Assembly (NCBI GenBank): GCA_041686025.1
Contig: JAWLEP010000032.1
Span: forward strand, 1 to 28,494
Length of the DNA: 28,494 nt
Direction of reading: 5' to 3'
From: Candidatus Fermentibacteraceae bacterium
GTDB lineage: Bacteria > Fermentibacterota > Fermentibacteria > Fermentibacterales > JCC-6
The stretch's first letter is position 1. Each line of letters opens with the position of its first letter. Below the pieces are notes generated by a model. The model searched no databases, was not told where the DNA came from, and saw only the letters and a list, made by a program, of their open reading frames with translations. The translations under genes were made by a program, and so were the position numbers. Below are positions 24,089 through 28,494 of the stretch, piece by piece.

Positions 24089-25678
24089 ATGACCCGTTCA
24101 GGCCACAGGGCCTTCTTCAGATTTCTGGGGATTATGCTTCTGCTCTCGATGCTGCCTCTGGCCTCCTGCGAGAGACCCGGACATCGGCAGGATACGGCCG
24201 CAAGTCATCGCAGGCCCTCCAACCGGCAGCAGGACGTCGGCCAATCCGAGATCCCGGCCACGGACTCCGCCGCCGCGGCCACGGCCATGTCCACGGGCGA
24301 GAAGACCGAGGCCGGCAACGTCTGCTGGGAGGCCGGAGATCCAGGGGACGGCGCCCTTCGCAACCTGGGAGAGCGCTGCGACTCCCTGGGATGGGCGGTG
24401 GGGGTGGTATCAACCGTACCCTTCTGCCACGCCACGCCCGCCTGCTTCGTGGCCCACAGCCCCGACCGGAACCACTACTACGAGGGCTACGAGGGCCGCG
24501 AAGGTCCCGGCATATCCGAGGAGATGATCGAGGGAGGGCTGGCGGACCTGGTGGTGGGGGCCGGCCATCCGGCCTGGGAGAACCCGGACTGGGACACCTC
24601 GCGGGGACACATCTCACAGGCGGTCTACCAAAGCCTGGTCCGGGGAGACACGCGCTACCTCCTGGCCGAGCGAACCGCGGGCGCAGACGGGGCGGATCTG
24701 CTCGCAGAGGCGGTTGAGGGGCTGGACCCGGACGACGGGACGGGGGTGCTCGGCCTGTTCGGGGGGGCTGCCGGGTGCTTCGAGCCGCCGGTGCCGCTGG
24801 GAGAGGGCAATGGGGCCGTGGAGCCGGCCACCGGGGAGAACCCCGCGCTCTCCGAGGCCGCCATCGCGGCGCTGGACTTCCTGTCCCGCGACGACCAGGG
24901 CTTCCTGCTCATGCTGGAGCAGGGGGACATCGACTGGGCCAACCACAACAACGACTACCACTGGATGATCGGCTCGATGTGGGACCTGGAGGAGGCGGTG
25001 GACGGGGTGATGGGCTACATCGACACCTCGGCGGCCCTGAGCCCGGAGAACACGCTGGTTGTAGTCACCTCCGACCATTCCAACGGTTACATGCGTCTGG
25101 CCATGAACAACCCCCTGGGCAGGGGCGAGCTTCCGGCCATGGAGGGTGAGGGCCCCGACCGCCGCTACCCCAACGGGCAGGTGACCTGGGGCTGCACCGG
25201 GCACACCAACGAGCCGGTCACGGTTGCCGCCGCCGGCCCCGAGAGGGCCCTGGACCTGCTGCGGGTCTGCGAGGGCACGCCCCCGGCCCCCGGCGTGCCA
25301 AGCATCATCGACAACACCCACCTGTACGACGTACTCGCCGGGTGCGCAGACCTGGAGGAGCCGGTGAACCATCTGATACTGATCATCGGCGACGGCATGA
25401 ACCCCGAGCACGAGAGGGCCGCGGGGATCTACATCTACGGTGACATGGAGGGAATGGCCTGGCACGACGTGGATGCGTTCCCCTACCGGGCCCTCTGCAC
25501 AACCTGGGACATCGACACCTACAACCGCTACGCGCAGGAGGCGGATGCGCCGCTCTACGACGCGGAGAGCTACGACCCCGCCCTTGGCTACGACCCCCAG
25601 CGCGGAGGACGCCGGCCCCGGGAGGGGGACAGGGACTACTTCCTCACGCCGCTTCCCGCCCCGGCTGGCGGGGGCTGA
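24089..25678 (+). CDS. Alkaline phosphatase (PhoA family) lipoprotein, apparently circularly permuted
   Basis: Lipobox LASC; ATDSAAAATA (catalytic Ser), HATPA, EQGDIDWANH, TSDH, GHT; the ILIIGDGM motif lies near the C-terminus. Confidence 0.88.
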   Translation: MTRSGHRAFFRFLGIMLLLSMLPLASCERPGHRQDTAASHRRPSNRQQDVGQSEIPATDSAAAATAMSTGEKTEAGNVCWEAGDPGDGALRNLGERCDSLGWAVGVVSTVPFCHATPACFVAHSPDRNHYYEGYEGREGPGISEEMIEGGLADLVVGAGHPAWENPDWDTSRGHISQAVYQSLVRGDTRYLLAERTAGADGADLLAEAVEGLDPDDGTGVLGLFGGAAGCFEPPVPLGEGNGAVEPATGENPALSEAAIAALDFLSRDDQGFLLMLEQGDIDWANHNNDYHWMIGSMWDLEEAVDGVMGYIDTSAALSPENTLVVVTSDHSNGYMRLAMNNPLGRGELPAMEGEGPDRRYPNGQVTWGCTGHTNEPVTVAAAGPERALDLLRVCEGTPPAPGVPSIIDNTHLYDVLAGCADLEEPVNHLILIIGDGMNPEHERAAGIYIYGDMEGMAWHDVDAFPYRALCTTWDIDTYNRYAQEADAPLYDAESYDPALGYDPQRGGRRPREGDRDYFLTPLPAPAGGG

Positions 25679-25726
25679 GCCCGGGACGGGCAATCATGGC
25701 CTTCCGACGGAAGGCTACCAGCCGCC

Positions 25727-26065
25727 TCAACCTCCTCCGCCGCCGCCGCCTGAGTATCCTTCGAGGTCATCCAGGGTGATGCTCCAGACCAGGTCCGAGG
25801 TGACCACCACCGGGCTCCGGACGTAATCGTCACCGTCCTCGTCCACCGCCTTCAGGCTGTACAGGCCGGGGGCCAGTTCCAGGGAGAAGGAGCCCCCCTG
25901 CGCCATCACCGAACCGTCCAGCAGGTCCTCCCCCCACTCTTCGGAGGCGGCGGGCACCACGTAGACCTCGTGGATGTCCCAGCCGCCGGTGGCGTTCACC
26001 AGCTTGAGCCGAACCGCCCCGGACAGGGCAAAGACCGCCGCGACGCACAGAAGCGCGAATCTCAT
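25727..26065 (-). CDS. Small secreted beta-rich protein with poly-Gly C-terminus
   Basis: GGAGG RBS; signal peptide; LVNATGGWDIHEVYV.P...EWGEDLL..LKAVDEDGD; ends in YSGGGGGGG. Confidence 0.75.
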   Translation of the reverse strand: MRFALLCVAAVFALSGAVRLKLVNATGGWDIHEVYVVPAASEEWGEDLLDGSVMAQGGSFSLELAPGLYSLKAVDEDGDDYVRSPVVVTSDLVWSITLDDLEGYSGGGGGGG

Positions 26066-26160
26066 CTGCCATCCTCCGATTCCCGCAGGTAATGCCTTCG
26101 AAACAGATGCCTACCGAACATATAAGGTTTTTCGCCGCCGGTTCCCTCCCGCCGATTCAG

Positions 26161-26189
26161 TTGACGGCATCGATACGCTCAAAAATACT
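26161..26189 (+). promoter_or_regulatory. Putative sigma70 promoter for the S9 peptidase
   Basis: TTGACG, 17-nt spacer, AATACT. Confidence 0.4.
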
Positions 26190-26240
26190 TGCAAATAACC
26201 ACAAGGCTCAGCACTCCCCCAACCGCCATGGAGGTCGGTC

Positions 26241-28494
26241 TTGATCCCTGCCGCAGCAGCGTTGGCATTCGTCTGCCTTGCACCCGCCGCCGAGAGCGAT
26301 TCCGTTCCCCGCTACCGCTTCCCTCCCGATGAGCTGGTGGAGATAGTGGACGCGCCGCAGTCGCCCTGGGTCAGAATCTCGCCGGACAGGAAATGGATGC
26401 TCCTGATGGATCCGGTGGCAAATCCTCCCATCGAAGACCTGGCGGTGGAGGAGGAGGGTCTGGCGGGGCTGAGGATCGACACCGGCCGCAATGCCCCCGC
26501 CCGGCAGTGGTACTTCGACTCCGCCGAGCTCCGCAGCATCGACGGCGAAAGCGTGGGAACGCTGCAGGGAATCCCGGAGGGCTCTCGGCTCACCGGGCCG
26601 GAGTGGTCGCCCGACGGAACCGCCCTGCTTCTCGTCCGCATGACGCCATCGGGCGGGGAGCTGTGGCTGGCGGAATCGGCCACCGCCCGCGCCACGCGGC
26701 TCACCGGCCCTGCTCTCAGCCTGGCGGCCGGCGAGTTCCCCGTCTGGGCGCCGGACGGGGAGTCCATTCTGTGCTGCATGGTGCCCGACCAGCGGGGCGA
26801 GGCTCCCCAGCCTTCCCGGGTCCCGGCCGGTCCTGTGGTAAGGGAGACCCGGGGCGCCAGCGCCCCCGCCCGTACCTACGCCGACCTGCTGGAGACGCCC
26901 CATGACGGAAGGCTGTTCGACCACTACATGACCTCGGTCCTGTGCCGGGTGGGCGGGGACGGCTCGGTGGAGAGGCTTTTCGGCCCGGAGAAGATCTGGT
27001 ACTTCGCCCCCTCCCCCGACGGAAGCTACCTGCTGGTGGTCACACTGCACCGGCCCTGGTCCTACAGCGTGCCCGCCTACCGCTTCCCGCAGCGTGTCCA
27101 GATCCTGGACAGCTCGGGTAGCGTGGTAAGGACAGTGGCTGATCTGCCTCTGCAGGAGGAGATCCCCATTTCCTTCGGAAGCGTGGCTGCAGGCTCCCGG
27201 AGCTTCCAGTGGAGGTCCGATGCGGACGCCACGCTTTGCTGGGCGGAGGCCATGGACGGGGGCGACTCATCCGCGGACGCGGAGCTGCGGGACAGGATTC
27301 TAACGCTGTCCGCCCCCTTCGACGAACCGCCCGACACCCTGGCGAGGACGGAGCTGCGATACGGAGGAGTCCACTGGTGCAGCGACAGCCTGTCGCTGCT
27401 CTACGAGTGGTGGTGGCCCACGCGGACATCACGGATGTGGCTGGTGCCCCCCGCCAGGCCCGAGGGCCGCCGTCTGCTTCTGGAGTACAGCTTCGAGAAC
27501 GCCTACGAAGACCCGGGAGACCCTCTGATGCGTCGGGATTCCCGAGGCCGCGAAGTACTGGTCACGGACCCCTCCGGCGAGTCGATCTTCCTGCAGGGAG
27601 AGGGCGCCACGCCGGAGGGGGACAGGCCCTTCCTCAGAAGCCTCCACCTGGAGACGGCCGAGGTCGGCGAGCTGTTCCGCTCCCGGCCGCCCTGGTTCGA
27701 GCGCCCCGTCAAGTTCCTGGATGACTCGCTGGAGGTCCTCCTCACCAGGCGGGAGTCCGCCGACCGGCCCCCCAACTACTACGCCCGGGATCTGGAGTCC
27801 GGGAATCTCGACACACTGACCCGTTTCCCGCATCCCACGCCCCAGCTGGCCGGTCTGGAGAAGCGGCTGGTCACCTACGAGAGGGACGACGGACTCCCCC
27901 TGTCGGCAGTCGTCTACCTGCCCCCGGGACATTCGGCCTCCGACGGCCCGCTGCCCATGGTCATGTGGGCCTATCCCCGGGATTACGCCAGCGCCGACGC
28001 CGCAGGCCAGGTCCGCACGTCTCCGCATCGATTCGACCGGGTCGGCTGGTGGTCGCCCCTGGTGTGGCTGCTTCGGGGCTACTCGGTGATGATGGGCCCT
28101 TCGATGCCCATCGTGGCCGACAGTGCAGCGCAGCCCAACGACAGCTTCGTTCCCCAGCTGAGGGCCAACGCCCGGGCCGCTGTGGACCAGGCGGTGTCCA
28201 TGGGGGCGGCCGACCCGGAACGGATCGCCGTGGGCGGGCACTCCTACGGGGCTTTCATGACCGCGAACCTCCTGGCCCACACCGACCTCTTCGCCGCGGG
28301 AATAGCCCAGAGCGGGGCCTACAACAGGACCCTCACTCCCTTCGGCTTCCAGTCCGAGGACCGCTCCCTGTGGGAGGCGCCGGAGGTCTACTTCGAGATG
28401 TCCCCCTTCATGCACGCCGACGGTATCGACGAGCCGCTCCTGCTGATCCACGGCGACGAGGACAGCAACTCCGGCACCTACCCGATACAGAGCA
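26241..28494 (+). CDS. Secreted S9 family (prolyl oligopeptidase-type, glutamyl endopeptidase-like) serine peptidase, 3'-truncated by the window edge
   Basis: Absent from the ORF track, presumably because it runs off the end. TTG 26241 after GGAGG gives MIPAAAALAFVC...YRFPPDELVEIVDAP; WSPDG propeller motifs; in-frame GGHSYGAFM (28233), SGAYNRTLTPFGFQ and LIHGDEDSNSGTYPIQS. Confidence 0.92.
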   Translation, partial: MIPAAAALAFVCLAPAAESDSVPRYRFPPDELVEIVDAPQSPWVRISPDRKWMLLMDPVANPPIEDLAVEEEGLAGLRIDTGRNAPARQWYFDSAELRSIDGESVGTLQGIPEGSRLTGPEWSPDGTALLLVRMTPSGGELWLAESATARATRLTGPALSLAAGEFPVWAPDGESILCCMVPDQRGEAPQPSRVPAGPVVRETRGASAPARTYADLLETPHDGRLFDHYMTSVLCRVGGDGSVERLFGPEKIWYFAPSPDGSYLLVVTLHRPWSYSVPAYRFPQRVQILDSSGSVVRTVADLPLQEEIPISFGSVAAGSRSFQWRSDADATLCWAEAMDGGDSSADAELRDRILTLSAPFDEPPDTLARTELRYGGVHWCSDSLSLLYEWWWPTRTSRMWLVPPARPEGRRLLLEYSFENAYEDPGDPLMRRDSRGREVLVTDPSGESIFLQGEGATPEGDRPFLRSLHLETAEVGELFRSRPPWFERPVKFLDDSLEVLLTRRESADRPPNYYARDLESGNLDTLTRFPHPTPQLAGLEKRLVTYERDDGLPLSAVVYLPPGHSASDGPLPMVMWAYPRDYASADAAGQVRTSPHRFDRVGWWSPLVWLLRGYSVMMGPSMPIVADSAAQPNDSFVPQLRANARAAVDQAVSMGAADPERIAVGGHSYGAFMTANLLAHTDLFAAGIAQSGAYNRTLTPFGFQSEDRSLWEAPEVYFEMSPFMHADGIDEPLLLIHGDEDSNSGTYPIQS

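Overview
High-GC bacterial chromosomal window with about 29 protein-coding genes. I found no rRNA, tRNA, CRISPR array or mobile element. The content suggests an anaerobic, peptide-degrading FCB-group organism (e.g. Fermentibacterota-like; inference from the T9SS-type tail on an M28 peptidase, the beta-propeller lipoproteins and an S9 peptidase). Two architectures stand out. (1) At 192-5274 a tungsten aldehyde:ferredoxin oxidoreductase (AOR/WOR) gene is split at its domain 1/2 linker. A NuoE/NuoF/NuoG-N (HydC/HydB/HydA-N, bifurcating-type) cassette sits between the halves, the AOR C-half is fused to the FeS subunit, and the catalytic motifs of both AOR and NuoF deviate from consensus. (2) At 24089-25678 an alkaline phosphatase lipoprotein looks naturally circularly permuted: the normally N-terminal GDGM strand is at the C-terminus. 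Other content: TPR-esterase, DUF4097/DUF2089 pair, PUR-domain protein next to a candidate structured RNA, TauE, trmFO, a truncated class III cyclase, MscS, YaiI, DUF6544, D-2-hydroxyacid dehydrogenase, CDF transporter, two EFR1 ferredoxins, a SHOCT protein, a glutaredoxin plus FTR-rubredoxin disulfide reductase, and an S9 peptidase running off the right edge. All family calls come from motifs recognised by eye; no searches were run.
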